From positions 15,190,001 through 15,254,000 of the forward strand of contig OX597817.1 of the NCBI GenBank assembly GCA_951406725.2: 64,000 nt of DNA, read 5' to 3'. A program made the translations under genes and the position numbers. The stretch comes from Octopus vulgaris (lineage: Eukaryota). This document shows positions 24,822-37,930 of this stretch, in pieces (the first letter of the stretch is position 1; each line of letters starts with the position of its first letter). The notes beneath the pieces were generated by a model, which did not search any database, was not told the origin of the DNA, and was given only the letters and a program-made list of their open reading frames with translations.

Positions 24822-25681
24822 TGTTTGTTGTATGTTATTTCAAACCAGTGTAATTAAGGATGCCACTGCTTCTATTCTGACCACCTTCTCATCACTTCTT
24901 TATGCTGCCCACTGGTACAAGCCCAACCTACTTTCCATTCACCATGTCACTATCTTTTTTACTTGACCCTATGGGCCATCTAGGTGCTACATAGGACCAC
25001 TTGTGCCCAGTTCCCTCTACCCTCAGCCTCCTCCTTTGTACTACCTGTCATTATCTTGTGTTACTCTAACTGACATCTGACAACATACTCTATTCATTTT
25101 TGCCCATAGATCCTGGGCCTCTGTCATTTCTCTATACCCCATGTCATAGTTTTTTGTCATCACTCTGCCATCTCACTCGTGTTGCAGTGTACATATGTAT
25201 CTGTCTCAGATTACTTAGCATTCTGTTTGTCAAATATCTCTCCCACCATTCTCAATTATGCCTCAAACATTCAAGCTTCTCACTCAGTAATGAGGCTGAT
25301 GAACAAAGAGAGACATAGGATTGTGAGGTTTCTTCAGTCATGTTGAGAAGATGGCCACAAAATGAACACACAATACACCCTGTAAAGTATGAGGTTATGG
25401 AGATCCTCTAATCTTGTTGAGGGACATGACACTACTCCAGTACTTGTGGTATGAAAAGGGTAGACATGTATTTCCTCTTTAGCAAGACACCCGTGCCTCT
25501 CCCTCAATTACACTTTAGCCTCTCAACATGTAGCATAAAGTCACCTGCCTCTCTGCTACATCACTTAGCTGAGATGGGGAAGTTTTTTTTCTATATCTTG
25601 TAAATTACTTGGCAACCTCACTAGTGCTGGTGTCATGAAAAAAGCAACCAGTACACACTGTGAAGTGGTTGGTATTAGAAA

Positions 25682-25912
25682 GGCGGAGAGCTGGCAGAAT
25701 CGTTAGTACACCGGGCGAAATGCTTAACGGTATTTCGCTTGTCGTTACGTTGTGAGTTCAAATTCCGCCGAGGTTGACTTTGCCTTTCATCCTTTCGGGG
25801 TCGATAAATTAAGTACCAGTTATGCACTGGGGTCGATGTAATCGACTTAATACCTATGTCTGTCCTTGTTTGTCCGCTCTGAGTTTAGCCCCTTGTGGGT
25901 AGTAAAGAAATA
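25682..25912 (+). mobile_element. Meta/MESC-like SINE
   Basis: Match to 9128-9360; TSD ggtattagaaagg. Confidence 0.85.
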
Positions 25913-27159
25913 GGTATTAGAAAGGGTATCCAACTGTAGGAATCATGCCACAGTAGATATTGGAGCTTGATGCAGTCCTCTGACTCATTGGATCCTGCCT
26001 AACTATCCAACTCATGCCAGTATGGCAGATGAATGGTGATGGAAAATGTCAACAACTGAAAGAAGAGCAACCACATTAGAATTAGTTGTGCCTAATTGAT
26101 TCCAAATGACAACCATTTAAGAATGACAAGGTTTAATGACAGTATCCATGTATATAGGATTAATTCTTAATAATTTCTCTTCCTAATATCTATTTCTTAA
26201 AACTGATATGAATTAGGTCGATCTTGTCAGATATATTTACTCACAAAATACTGTGGCATAAACCTAGTTATATTTGTTCACATTACCACTGTAGTACTGC
26301 TGTATATATAATATTTTTGTTTTACTGAAAAAAAAAAAAAAAAAAAGGAATTTTCCCTAATGTGGGGACTGCTGACATGCATGAGATCACTTTATTTTTG
26401 GAGCAGTTTATACTTTTAGATGACTTATGCAGAATGGCCATGTTTCCTTATTATAAATACAAGAGCATAAACATTTATTTTAGAATATCAATTGCAGGTA
26501 TCCAACAATTTTAACTTCAGTAACTAACTAGGCATAGCATCACAGAAAGAAAAGGCAATCCAAGAGATAGACATGCACGTCCTTTAGGATTGCAAGCTCA
26601 AATAAGTTTTTTTTAAAAAGAAATCAAATTTTAAGTTAAATATAACCAAGATAGCAGTTGCTTACTTTTAAGACCATATCAATGACAGCAAGAAGAAGAG
26701 TAGATATATATACAATGCAGAGGACATTTATTGCAAAGCTAATATGCATAGCAGAATACTAGCTATCATTGTGTCTATTTGTAAAGTACAATCAGAATTA
26801 TAAGATGCAGTAATGTTTGCAAAAACCATAGAGAAACATAAAAAAAAAAGCACAAAGGAAATATACTTATATCCATACTCTGAGATGAGCATAACGATTC
26901 TGGTGTAACGGCTTTGACTCTAGTCCCCCTTTCCAGGTCTCAAACAATTCACTTCTAGAGACTCAGCAATGATTGTAAATGCAATGTGTGTATGAGATGA
27001 CTTTGGTGGGACACGAGAGTTCCTTGGCACATCATCCTTGGCAGTACTAATAGAACAAGTACAAAGCAGAGATGTTGCAGCAGTGATAAAATTGCCACTC
27101 AAATTTTCAAGTAGATTTTCCTGACATTGACAGCATATAGGCTTCCCCTTTTAATTAAC

Positions 27160-27184
27160 CTGTAAATGATCTCCGAGAGGTCTG
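27160..27184 (-). CDS. Candidate 22/25-nt microexon (NAGNAG acceptor): (A)DLSEIIY(S)
   Basis: tgatttttatag|CAG|ACCTCTCGGAGATCATTTACAG|gttaat. Phase 1 to 2 bridges exon 28596-28745 exactly to the stronger acceptor at 10657. Confidence 0.5.
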
Positions 27185-28595
27185 CTATAAAAATCAGCAC
27201 ATTATTGCTCTCCACCTAGTTTTTGTCTTACAAAATTAGATATTTATTAATTTTGGACAAATATTTCCTTTCTATATAATCCAGAGGTGATATGAAGCAT
27301 ATTGTCCATCATTTTGACATGAAATAATGATTTAAAAAACCCTTTTAATCTGCTTCATTTAATTTTTTATTGTGTGAAACTATTACAAACATTACCTACA
27401 ATGGTATAAGACATATGAAAGAGGTAAATATAATAATGAAATAATAGATTTTATAATATAATTATCATAAGAGATATATCATAGCACATTGGGCTATGAA
27501 CAACTGCACAACTATAGCAAATATTTTCCAACATGTTAATCATAGTAGCATCTAAGCAAGCTATGTATGAGAGGAAGCAGTATTGTAGTGTACAGAGGTA
27601 GTTAACATGAGAATGGAGAATAACATGAAAATATCCTTGATGGGAGATATGACTAATGAGTTTTGTAAGGCAGAGGTCATCATATTAAAGAGAGCAAAGA
27701 AATATACAAATGATTGAAAAGCACAATAAATGATAAAAATGAATTTTGATATTTTGATCTGTACCCAAATGAATACATTTACACACACACACATCCATTC
27801 TGTTAGCTTATGCATAGGTGAAGACCAAATTAATGTCAAATATATAAGTTACTAAATTCTTGTAGCATTTCGGTTTACTAATAACATCTATATTGTCAAT
27901 GTTTGGGAATTCACTTTCAAATTATAATAATGCTAGATAGTCCAGTGTGAGTTTTATAGAAAAGCTACCTAAAATCAATTGCTCACTGCAAAATAAAAAC
28001 AAAGAAAAAAAAACAAAAAACTATTCACAAAGTAAAATAAATCAATAACTCTTTGCATATCCTTTGTTGGGTGTTGATTTATAGAGCTTTAGTAATTGAT
28101 TTAGTGTGTTTTTATTTCCACTTGAAGAAAAATTGAAAACATAGGCAGTGGAGCAAAAAAAAAAAAAAAAGTAATAAAAATTGAGCTTGCTTCAATAAGT
28201 AGGTTATAATAATATCTCTTTTTGAAAGTTAAAATTTTGCCTTTCTATATTCCACTGTTCAAAAAATAAAAAAAAAACAAACCTGTTGATTAAGAGTAAT
28301 GTAGAACGGATAATTAATGCATGAAAAGTAAAATGAAACATTCTTTTTATAAACAAACTATTTCAAAATTAAAGATATAAAAAAAATATGTACATATGTT
28401 GGAACAATTTTCATTTGTATAAAAATCAACTGCATTATATAAATGTATTTCAATAATAAAAGCACCAGAGAGGATGACTGTATTTTGTATTTATCAGAAA
28501 TCTAATTAAAAGTGTTTTCCCATGTTTAAAATTGGACTGCTCCTATTTTTTTTTACCTTTTGACTATAAAGAATTTGAATCAAAATATTATTTAC

Positions 28596-28745
28596 CTGCA
28601 GAGTTAGTTTGCAGAGGGGATTGAAGAGGAGCTGATGCGGTACTGCTCCCTATAAAATGTGGACTGACACTACTTCGTGGAGGGGTACAAGGAATAGTTG
28701 GCATTGGACTTCCAAGACAGCTGGATGTTCCGCTGCTAATAGAAT
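28596..28745 (-). CDS. R3HDM/ARPP21: R3HDM/ARPP21-like Ser/Pro-rich exon: (D)SISSGTSSCLGSPMPTIPCTPPRSSVSPHFIGSSTASAPLQSPLQTNSA
   Basis: Acceptor ttttcctttttag| and donor CAG|gtaaat. 150 nt, phase 1 to 1, open frame, compatible with neighbouring exons. Confidence 0.88.
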
Positions 28746-30127
28746 CTAAAAAGGAAAAAAAAACAATCTTCATTCAACAAGAAGCTTAAGTTGTGGTGTG
28801 TATTTTGTGTAGGGATATAATGTAAAACTACAGTGATGGAAACTGGATTCTGATGGTGAATTATTAAAAAGATAAAAAAAGCAAAAAGAATCCCAAAATG
28901 CATAGAATGTTTACTAAATAAAAACAAAGATGATTTACATAACTTGTACCCAAGTTGCAGGAATGTTAAGAAAGCATAGATTACAATGATAAAGCTGAAC
29001 TGAATAGTTATAATTTATTTTGCAGTGAATATTATATTTCTTCATAAGTTAATCTGAAGAAGTGGGGTCAGGGTGGAGATTTACAAGTCTTTCTGGAGTG
29101 CGGAGACATCCAGGAAAAATTGGCAGAGTTTGATATTACATATGAATTGTTGCAGATTAGGAGTTAAAGAGAATGAAAAAGCAGTAGAGATTGAAATAAT
29201 TCCAAGGAGAAAAGAATTGACTAAAGTATTTGTGTGGCTTCAGGTAAGAGTAATATACAAACAATAAGTTCAGAAAATTAGAGGCCATTCATTATAGCTT
29301 CATTTGTAGGAACAGAGGAAGGAAGCAGCTCAGTGTTTGGTCACTGGTTGTAAAATGTTGCTGACTGAAGGCCTGTTTATCAGACAAATTTTACATTGAT
29401 GTAAACTTGAGGATGTGTGTATGTAAAATTCTTCCTTCACAGATAAGCAGTAGTATAGGGGCTGTTTGCACCGACTATTTGAAGGTTTAAGTAATTTCTT
29501 GCTCTGAAGAGAAAATCCTGTTTTTTATGAATCAGTCTCTGTACTACATGTGGTTTCCATGGAAACATACTGTAAGGAGTGTAAGGTTCTTTTTCAACTA
29601 GAAAAGTTAAGATACTGGAAGAAACTATTTAGCAACAAATGTAAATGAGTAGTAACACTGTTTCATAACTCATTATTCACCATGTTTGAAGTGAAATACA
29701 CATTCCTTGTATTTCAATTGATTTTGATGCATTACGTGGAAAAGCCGAATATATGGCCAGAAATTAATACCACAATTGCTTGATCCTTGGGTGTCTTTAG
29801 CTGAGCCCACACCGTTTTCAAAACTCCAGAAAGTCAAATAATTATATTTACTTGAAGAAGGACTTGAGAAAGAATAGGGTTGAAATTGACTGCTCAATTT
29901 TGTTAATACAATAATTAAACTGAAAGTAGTTTAGTCCTTTTTTTGTATGTATTTAAATTTTGATTGAAATGAATAGAAAAAAAAAAAGGAACAGAAAAAT
30001 TGTCCTGTATTTTAATTAAAAATATCCTCCTCCACAAAACTAGATAATGTTGTTTTTTATATGGATATAGCTCTAAAGGTCTATCAAGTTTCCTGGTGTA
30101 TAAACCACAAACATATAAGGTACTGAT

Positions 30128-30528
30128 AACCATCCGAACGTGGCCGCTGCCAGTGCCGCCCCGACTGGCCTCATGCCGGTGGCACGTAAAAAACACCATC
30201 CGATCGTGGCCGTTTGTCAGCCTCGCCTGGCCCCCGTGCCGGTGGCACATAAAAAGCACCATCCGTTTCGTGGCCGTTGCCAGCCTCGCCTGGCCCCCGT
30301 GCCGGTGGCACATAAAAAACACCATCCGATCGTGGCCGTTGCCAGACTTGTCTGGCACGTAAAAAGCACCCACTACACTCATGGAGTGGTTGGCGTTAGG
30401 AAGGGCATCCAGCCATAGAAACATTGCCAGATCAGACTGGGCCTGGTGCAGCCTCCTGGCTTCCCAGACCCCAGTCGAACCGTCCGACCCATGCTAGCAT
30501 GGAAAGCGGACGCTAAACGATGATGATG
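30128..30528 (+). mobile_element. RTE LINE 3' UTR with ~60-bp GC-rich tandem units
   Basis: GTGCCGGTGGCAC-AAAAAGCACCATCCG units x3-4, then GGTTGGCGTTAGGAAGGGCATCC and (GAT)n. Confidence 0.85.
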
Positions 30529-30596
30529 TCACTATAATTTAAGATTGAGTTTGAATGGATTTTAAAATGTATCAATATTCCTGCAAAGAAATTAAT

Positions 30597-30979
30597 TATT
30601 CTCTTGAAAAACGCCGCCGCTGTGGTGATCTCATTCTCGCCCACAACATCATAAGCGGGAAGTGTAACCTCTCGAAAGAGCTGTTCTTCACTCCTGCTCC
30701 GGAGCGTTCGGCTGCGGGGTCATTCCGAAAAGCTCTACCTGCGACGATTTCATCTCAATCGAAGGAGAGGAGCTTTCTCCGTCCAGGTTGCGGATCCGTG
30801 GAACAAGCTGCCAGACGAGATGGTGAAGATGCCGACGACCGCTTTGTTCAAAGCCTCCCTGGACCTCAAGTGGCCTGAACTCTTTACATGAACACCACCC
30901 TGTACTTAACTCCATGTCCCCCTACATGGCCTTGCTATTTGCTTTTGAGCCAAATTAACTAACTAACTAACTAACTAAC
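30597..30979 (+). mobile_element. Young CR1-type LINE 3' end with (TAAC)n tail
   Basis: Family match. Ends ~95 bp from the donor of exon 31075-31286. Confidence 0.9.
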
Positions 30980-31074
30980 AATTATATGTCTAGCTAGCAT
31001 GATGGAAAGGAAAAATAAAAAAACACCACAGACATAATATAAAAAAAATAGAAAAAAAAGAAAGATGAACAAAC

Positions 31075-31286
31075 CTGTTTTTGATAAACTTGCACCCCTG
31101 TAGATGCCAGTCTTAACATTATGAGAACTAGAGAAGCCTCCAAAGCTACCAGCTTTTGTGACTGGCATTCTGGATTTAACTGAGCTATCTGTACCATAAC
31201 CACTAGAGGAGTCCGTACTGCTCCAAGGTCTTGAACCAAGATCTTCCTTACTGCCACCTAAGCTAGCAGGTCGAGACAGCTTTCTC
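31075..31286 (-). CDS. R3HDM/ARPP21: R3HDM/ARPP21-like exon: RKLSRPASLGGSKEDLGSRPWSSTDSSSGYGTDSSVKSRMPVTKAGSFGGFSSSHNVKTGIYRGASLSKT
   Basis: Acceptor aattttcag| and donor CAG|gtttgt. 212 nt, phase 2 to 1. RPWSSTDS and TKxxSFGG are characteristic post-SUZ motifs of R3HDM1/2 and ARPP21. Confidence 0.93.
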
Positions 31287-32078
31287 CTGAAAATTAATGG
31301 GATAACATAAATATATTGTAGTTTGTATTTAAAGGTATTTTTTTGATTAAGTAGGATGTAATCGGACCGAATGTAAATATTGTTTCATAGTTAAATACTG
31401 TTAATTCTAAAAGCAATTATATCGAATTCCTCAAGTTGTTTGATGTTTTCTGCATTAACATTGATATCGCTCTAAATTGACATCTAAAGGATTATTTTCT
31501 TCCTTTTAAATTGAGCAAAATATGAAAAAAAAAAAAAAAAAAAAAGAGTTCCAAGAACTCCTGGCATATATAAGAGTTTAAGTCTGCATACCAATTAGTA
31601 GGAACAGTTATGTTTATTTCATTTGGAGAAAATATTTTCTTTCAATGCCAGTAATAAAAGAAGATGAAGATATTAATTTCAGCATTCGCTATTACATACT
31701 TAGTAGTTTCCCAAGCTTCATGTAAAGCATATTGGATCTCTAAATGTCTTCCCCAATAGAAACTACATATATTTTTCACATTACATTAACCAGCATCCCG
31801 ATCTTAACCAACCCCTCTTGCTATGCCACTATTTAATCCATTTGTGTTTAATGCTTATTTTATTATTGAAGCAATCAATCATATACTCTACAAGTTTAAA
31901 AATGATTTCCCTTAGGATACAGTAGTTCCTTTATATTTGTAAAAGATTGTTTATTACAGAAAGAAAAAGTAAGTATTGTTTTTAGTTTTTTTCCAACTGC
32001 AATGCATATTGTAGTAAAAAAAAAATAGCATTTTCAGAAATGATAAAATACAAATCAAGACCAAAAAAAAAGACTTAC

Positions 32079-32119
32079 ATAATATTTAGCTGTGGATCTT
32101 CAATTGATGCTTGAGGAGA
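32079..32119 (-). CDS. R3HDM/ARPP21: R3HDM/ARPP21-like short exon: SPQASIEDPQLNI(M)
   Basis: Acceptor ttttttgtttattccag| and perfect donor |gtaagt. 41 nt, phase 0 to 2, matching exon 31075-31286. Confidence 0.85.
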
Positions 32120-32442
32120 CTGGAATAAACAAAAAACGATAATTTTTTTAAAAATCAGGAAATACCAACATTCTTTTAATAATGTACAATGATCATTAAA
32201 CTGATTCCAAATGTAAAAGAGCTGGTGCATGTGTAAGAACACACATACACACACAGGGAGACAGAGAGTGAGAGAGAGAATAGTCAGTGTGTGCCTAATT
32301 ATGATTCGGTAGTTTGGAAAACCTACCCAAAGAGATTATATAAAATTATAGAAAGAAATAAAAAACCCATTATCATCAACATCGTCTCATATGTAATTCC
32401 CACAGAAAACATTATAAACTGTAATATATATATATATATTTA

Positions 32443-32633
32443 TGTGCTGGTGGCACGTAAAAAGCACCCACTACACTCACGGAGTGGTTGGCGTTAGGAA
32501 GGGCATCCAGCTGTAGAAACACTGCCAGATAAGACTGGAGCCTGGTGCAGCCTTCTGGCTTCCCAGATCCCCGGTCGAACCATCCAACCCATGCTAGCAT
32601 GGAGAATGGACGTTAAACGATAATGATGATGAT
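32443..32633 (+). mobile_element. RTE LINE 3' UTR fragment
   Basis: Family match with (GAT)n tail. Confidence 0.85.
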
Positions 32634-32840
32634 ATAGTTAATCCAAACATGAAAACACAAAGAGAAAACACAACGCAAGGATATGGAACAAGTATAGTGT
32701 TATTGGACGCTCAGGAAAGAAGGAAAGAAGGAGGGTTTAACGTTTCGAGCGGAGCTCTTTGTCAGAAACATAGGAAAAGGAAAGATCCAAAGAAGGGAAG
32801 ACGGAGGGAAAAAAATCACCAACGGTACACACGTGGTCAC
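32634..32840 (-). mobile_element. Penelope-like terminal fragment with a minimal hammerhead motif (32736-32768)
   Basis: Minus strand TTT-CTGACAA-A-GAGC-TCC-GCTC-GAAA-CGTT-AAA. Confidence 0.6.
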
Positions 32841-35264
32841 GGGGCGGGGTGTGAAGAAGATAGAAACATAAGAATATGAGACTAAACATTGGACTGTACA
32901 TAACTTTTTAAAACTAGATCCTGATTTAAATTTCTGGTAGAGTTAATACCACTTTTCATGCTTGGGGAAGAGGCGGATAAAATTACTAGTGTAAACAGTA
33001 GTCATTTCAGTTGTAGGAGAGGAGAAGATGGAGAATAAAAATAAGGATTACTTTTGTGTAGCTACAATGTCCTTTTTATAAGTAAAATAGCTATTGATGG
33101 AATTGATTCTAGTGTTTATTTAAACAGATCGTATTTCAACCACCCTACCACAATCCACCCATCTCTCCACTTCCTGCTACCTTTATGGCATCCAACCTCC
33201 CAACAAACCATCGTTCCCAGTAAGGACTTCCCAGAAATCAGCCTCCTGGAATCTGCTCATGAATTCTTTGCAGTTGTTTATCTGCAATAGTTTAAATGGA
33301 ACATTAATGGCAAGGAGGGCCTGTGAAGGTCATGAGCAGTGTCCCTTCTTCCAGACTCAGCCACCCCCCACCCAAGATGCAAATTATTGCTCCAAAATAT
33401 AAAAGAATATAATAGTACAGAAATGACTGTAAAACAGTAAAAAATGCATGTTACCAGAAGAACGTTATAATAATTTAGAACATGACAGTATACATATATT
33501 ATACTTATGTATTTTGGAAGCAAAATTCTTTACTAAAAATCATGCCCGCTAACAATCCATTCCTTATATGAATGAATGATTGTATGGGATCGATTACTCA
33601 CTGTTTTCTATAGTTAAAAGAGCAAAAAAGCTGATATGAGTATTTTTATTCTGCCAGGAAGGACCCAGTGACTATGACTATCTTTTGCTTATGTTTGACA
33701 TCATAATATTACCCAATGAATAACAATCTAATTGACAATAACAATGGATTAAAAAAAATAAGGACAAGAAAAGCTTAAAAAAAAAGCATGTGCAAATAAA
33801 TTTTGCATGATTAGTAATATAAACATTTATAGCATATATACATGCATATATTCACAAGCACATATATAAAATCATCATTATCATTGTCTGTTCTCTTCCC
33901 ATGCTGGCATTGATAGAATGGTTCATCGCTCCAATGTTATATTTCTGGAATGATTCTATGGCTGGATACCTTTCCTCCTTCCTAATACCAGCTTCTATAC
34001 AAGGTGTACTAGATGCATTTTTTTCATACACCAGCACTATAGCAGTTACCTTACCATCAACAAGATTAAAGGACCAACTCAAGCCCTATGTGACTGCTGC
34101 TTGAATCGATAACCAATTACTTAGTGTACTGGGTGCTTTTTGCAGCACCAGCACTGCTGGGGGTCATCTAGCAAAATGAAAGAGAGCATCCAATGTTTTC
34201 AGGAACATATTTATTGTGAGAAGCTGGTAATAGAGAGAGTAGTGTTGGGGTGGGGTATAAAGATGACCGAAGGGAGGGGAAGGGAAAGAGTACTGTCAGG
34301 GTTAGTGTGAAGGAGAGGGGGAAGGGAAAAGTGGTAATAGTAATGAGGTGGGTGGAATAGATGGACCTATGATGGGATTGGTCAATCTGTCAGCCATACC
34401 AACAGGAGTTGTACAATTCCTTAGGGTCCAAGACAGTTCTTATGGGAGTTAAACAAATTTATTGTTGAGAGTGGAGACCCTGCTAAGGAACACACACAAA
34501 CACGTCAGCAAAAGACTTGTTAAGTCAAATGAGGTTGGTTTAAGGTAGTGGTTATCAACAGATCATATGGCCTTTAGGAATTCATGAAAGATTTTGTTAA
34601 AATTTGTGTGAAATAAATTGGTTATGCTTCTACAATACATAAAATATTTTAGCTTTTTTCTTCAATACAATTCCTAATAAAAAATGTAATAGAATTATTT
34701 AAAACATCAAATTGGCTATGAGAGTCCATCTGAATAAAATAGGAACCAAAGAGGTCCATAAGTAAAAAATGGTTGAGAGCCACTGCTTTAGAGGATACAA
34801 GGAAACCAATGTTTTTACTGAGGAAAAATGACAAGTTGGTTTTTAATTAGGAATTAAACATCAAATATTTAGGGAAGATGAAGAACACTGAGAACAAGCA
34901 TTTCTTTTATGTCGGCAGAAAGTCAATTGTTTATGTGCAACCAATAATTAACAGAGATTGTTGAACTGATTCCAATATATCATTTATTTAGTAGTCTCTA
35001 GAGGTATAATGGACAAAGTTTACTGAATGAGAGAATTGAAACTGATCCAGCTATCTCCACCTGTCACTAGGAAAGATGACAACGATGACGACGGCTGCCA
35101 CCGCCACCAACAACAATTAATTTGATACTGATTCTTATTTTGTAAAACCTGAAAGTAATAAATAGCACCAAGCTACTAATGTATAATCAGGAAAAATAAA
35201 CCGATGTACACTGTAACTTCCTGAAATAAAACATTTTCTCCCACATATTAATTTATTTATTCAC

Positions 35265-35492
35265 AGTGCGGGTGGCAGCCAGCTCTGTCTGGCACCAGTG
35301 CGGGTGGCACGTAAAAAGCACCCACTACACTCACGGAGTGGTTGGCGTTAGGAAGGGCATCCAGCCGTAGAAACACTGCCAGATTTGACTGGGCCTGATG
35401 AAGCCTTCTGGCTTCACAGACCCCAGTAGAACCGTCCAACCCATGCTAGCATGGAAAGCGGACGCTAAATGATGATGATGATGATGATGATG
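35265..35492 (+). mobile_element. RTE LINE 3' UTR fragment
   Basis: Family match with (GAT)n tail. Confidence 0.85.
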
Positions 35493-35642
35493 ACTCATAT
35501 GATGAGAGGGAGAAAATGTCACATAATTTTTACAGTCATCCTAAAGATAACTGGGTGAAGTTAAAGTGATTAATGGCTATTTCAAACGATTTGGAGTTTG
35601 GTGAGTGGATGGAAAGAAAAAAAACCCAAACATTGAATGAAT

Positions 35643-35872
35643 TTAACCCTTTCGATACCAACCCGGCTGAAACCACCTCTGGCTCTGTAGTACAAATGTC
35701 TTGTTTTCATAAGTTTAGAATTAAATTCTTCCACCAAACCTTTGTCACAATTTATGTTCCTAACACTAGCTTAAAGATGACTAAGTTATTTTACTAAATT
35801 CTTTGTTATATTTCAAAGTAATTGAAAGAAACACAGAACATCTCAAAATAAATACGGTAATGAAAGGGTTAA
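35643..35872. mobile_element. 230-bp piggyBac-type MITE, family A
   Basis: TTAA-CCCTTTCGATACC ... GGTAATGAAAGGG-TTAA. Copies at 42749 and 57831. Confidence 0.88.
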
Positions 35873-36121
35873 GAGGTGTGAAGTTCTAGTTAAAAATGAT
35901 TAGGCAAAGTGTTTAAGTTCAAGGACTATGAAGTGAGACAGTTGCACGATGATAGAGGGGAAAAAAGAAGTGAGTGGGTGGTTGTATTTATCAATAAGCT
36001 TAGGTGAAGATTACATAATATCGAACAATTTAGAGGATCATATGCCATAATAGTAGTTATTGTAAATTTTATGATACTAAATTTATAAATTAAACTGGTC
36101 CTATTATTTTATATTTAATTA

Positions 36122-36335
36122 AAGGTGGTAGGTTGGCAGAATTGTTTGCATGCTGGGTAAAATACTTAGCAACATTTCATCCAATTTTATGTTCTGAGTT
36201 CAAATTCTGCCAAGGTTGACTTTGCATTTCGTCCATTTGGGGGTCAATAAAATAAGTACCGGTTGAGTACTGGGATCAATGTAATTGACTTAAACCACCT
36301 CTGAAATTGCTAGCCTTGTGCCAAAATTTGAAGCC
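36122..36335 (+). mobile_element. Diverged Meta/MESC-like SINE
   Basis: GTTCTGAGTTCAAATTCTGCCAAGGTTGACTTTGC..AATAAGTACC. Confidence 0.7.
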
Positions 36336-36660
36336 GTTATTTTATATTCAATTAAGTGAAATTAATAATTTCAAAGTTGTTCCATTTTACTAGAATTAGT
36401 AATTTTGATAATAATTGACAGATTTTCTATAGGCGGGTGTCCTTCCTGTTACCAACCCTCACTTGTAACTAAGCAAGGTAATATTTCTCATGCCCAGACA
36501 TGTCTTTCACAGAAAACTAGAAATGAACAACATTATTTCTAATGAAGGTGATGCTTGTTATACAGCCATCACATTATGTCAAGACAAGGACACGCAAAAT
36601 ACACATACACATATATATGGACTTCTATAGTAGAAGATAGGTGCTGTGTAATGGGACTGA

Positions 36661-37006
36661 ATCATCATCATCATCGTTTAACGTCCGTTTTCCGCGCTAG
36701 CACAGGTTGGACGGTTCAACCGGGGTCTGGGAAGCCAGGGGCTGCACCAGGCTCCAGTCTGATCTGGCAGTGTTTCTACGGCTGGATGCCCTTCCTAACG
36801 CCAACCACTCCACGAGTGTAGTGGGTGCTTTTTACCCACCTGCACAGGTGCCAGGGGAGTCTGGCATTGGCCACGATCGGTTGGTGCTTTTAACGTGCCA
36901 CCGGCACGGAAGCCAGCCAAGGCGGTGCTGGCATCGGCCACGTTCGGGTGGTGCTTTTTATGTGCCACCGGCACAGAAGCCAGTTGAGGTGGCACTGGCA
37001 TCGGCC
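36661..37006 (-). mobile_element. RTE LINE 3' UTR fragment with tandem units
   Basis: Family match, inserted into an older SINE. Confidence 0.85.
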
Positions 37007-37264
37007 TGAAAAGCAACCTTCTCTACCAAACAGCCATGATGTTTTGCAAATTTCAGAATAAACTAATTTTCAGTGTTAAATATGTGAATTAGATTTTAAC
37101 ATTTTATAGATCTCTGACTGAAAGCAAACGGGTAAAAGCAAGTGAAACAAGCAGCATAAGTACACTGTTACCCAAGTGCGTTTTATAGTAGGCCAACAAA
37201 AACACACACTATATGCCTTCTATATGAGGGGTGTGTGTGTGTGTGTGTATATATATATTCCTTT

Positions 37265-37751
37265 TTTTATTCTTTTATTTGTTTCATTCATTTGACTACA
37301 GCCATGCTGGAGCACTGCCTTTAGTCAAACAAATTGATCACAGGACTCATTCTTTGTAAGCCTAGTACTTATTCTATCAGTCTCTTTTGCTGTACCGCTA
37401 AGTTACGGGGACATAAACACACCAGCATTGGTTGTCAAGCGATGGTGGGTGTCAAACACAGATACACAAACATATATACATAACACACACATACACACAC
37501 ATCATCATCATCGTTTAACGTCCGTTTTCCGCGCTAGCACGGGTTGGACGGTTTGACCGGGGTCTGGGAAGCCAGGGGCCGCTCCAGGCTCCAGTCTGAT
37601 CTGGCAGAGTTTCTACGGCTGGATGCCCTTCCTAACGCCAACCACTCCGCGAGTGGAGTGGGTGCTTTTTACGTGCCACCTGCACAGGGGCCGGGGGGTC
37701 CGGCATTGGTCACGATCGGTTCGAGCTTTTCTAGAGTTGAGTTGGGGGGGG

Positions 37752-37794
<43 letters not shown>

Positions 37795-37930
37795 TATATG
37801 ACGGGATTCTTTCAGTTTCCATCTACCAAATCCACTTACAAGGCTTTGGTTGGCTATAGAAGACACTTACCCAAGGTGCCACACAGTGTGACTGAACCCA
37901 GAACCATGTGGTTGGTAAGCAAGCCACTCT
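37265..37930 (-). mobile_element. OR2-like SINE interrupted by an RTE 3' UTR insertion (37500-37722)
   Basis: SINE tail half 37265-37500 and head half 37795-37930, with the RTE fragment in the internal microsatellite. Confidence 0.85.

Noticed and set aside
26879-27121. Long frame ENLLENLSG..GKGD*SQSRY.. with a single TAG (edited UAG>UIG read-through idea)
   Set aside because: Its acceptor is weak and phase 0, incompatible with the upstream phase-1 exon, and the peptide shows no recognisable homology.
29673-29897. Ser-rich minus ORF between two exons with a gtaaat donor
   Set aside because: No acceptor in the required phase 1 without a stop.
30128-30360. GC-rich ~60-bp repeats with palindromes (CRISPR-like appearance)
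   Set aside because: Tandem units of an RTE LINE 3' UTR in a eukaryote, with no unique spacers and no cas genes.
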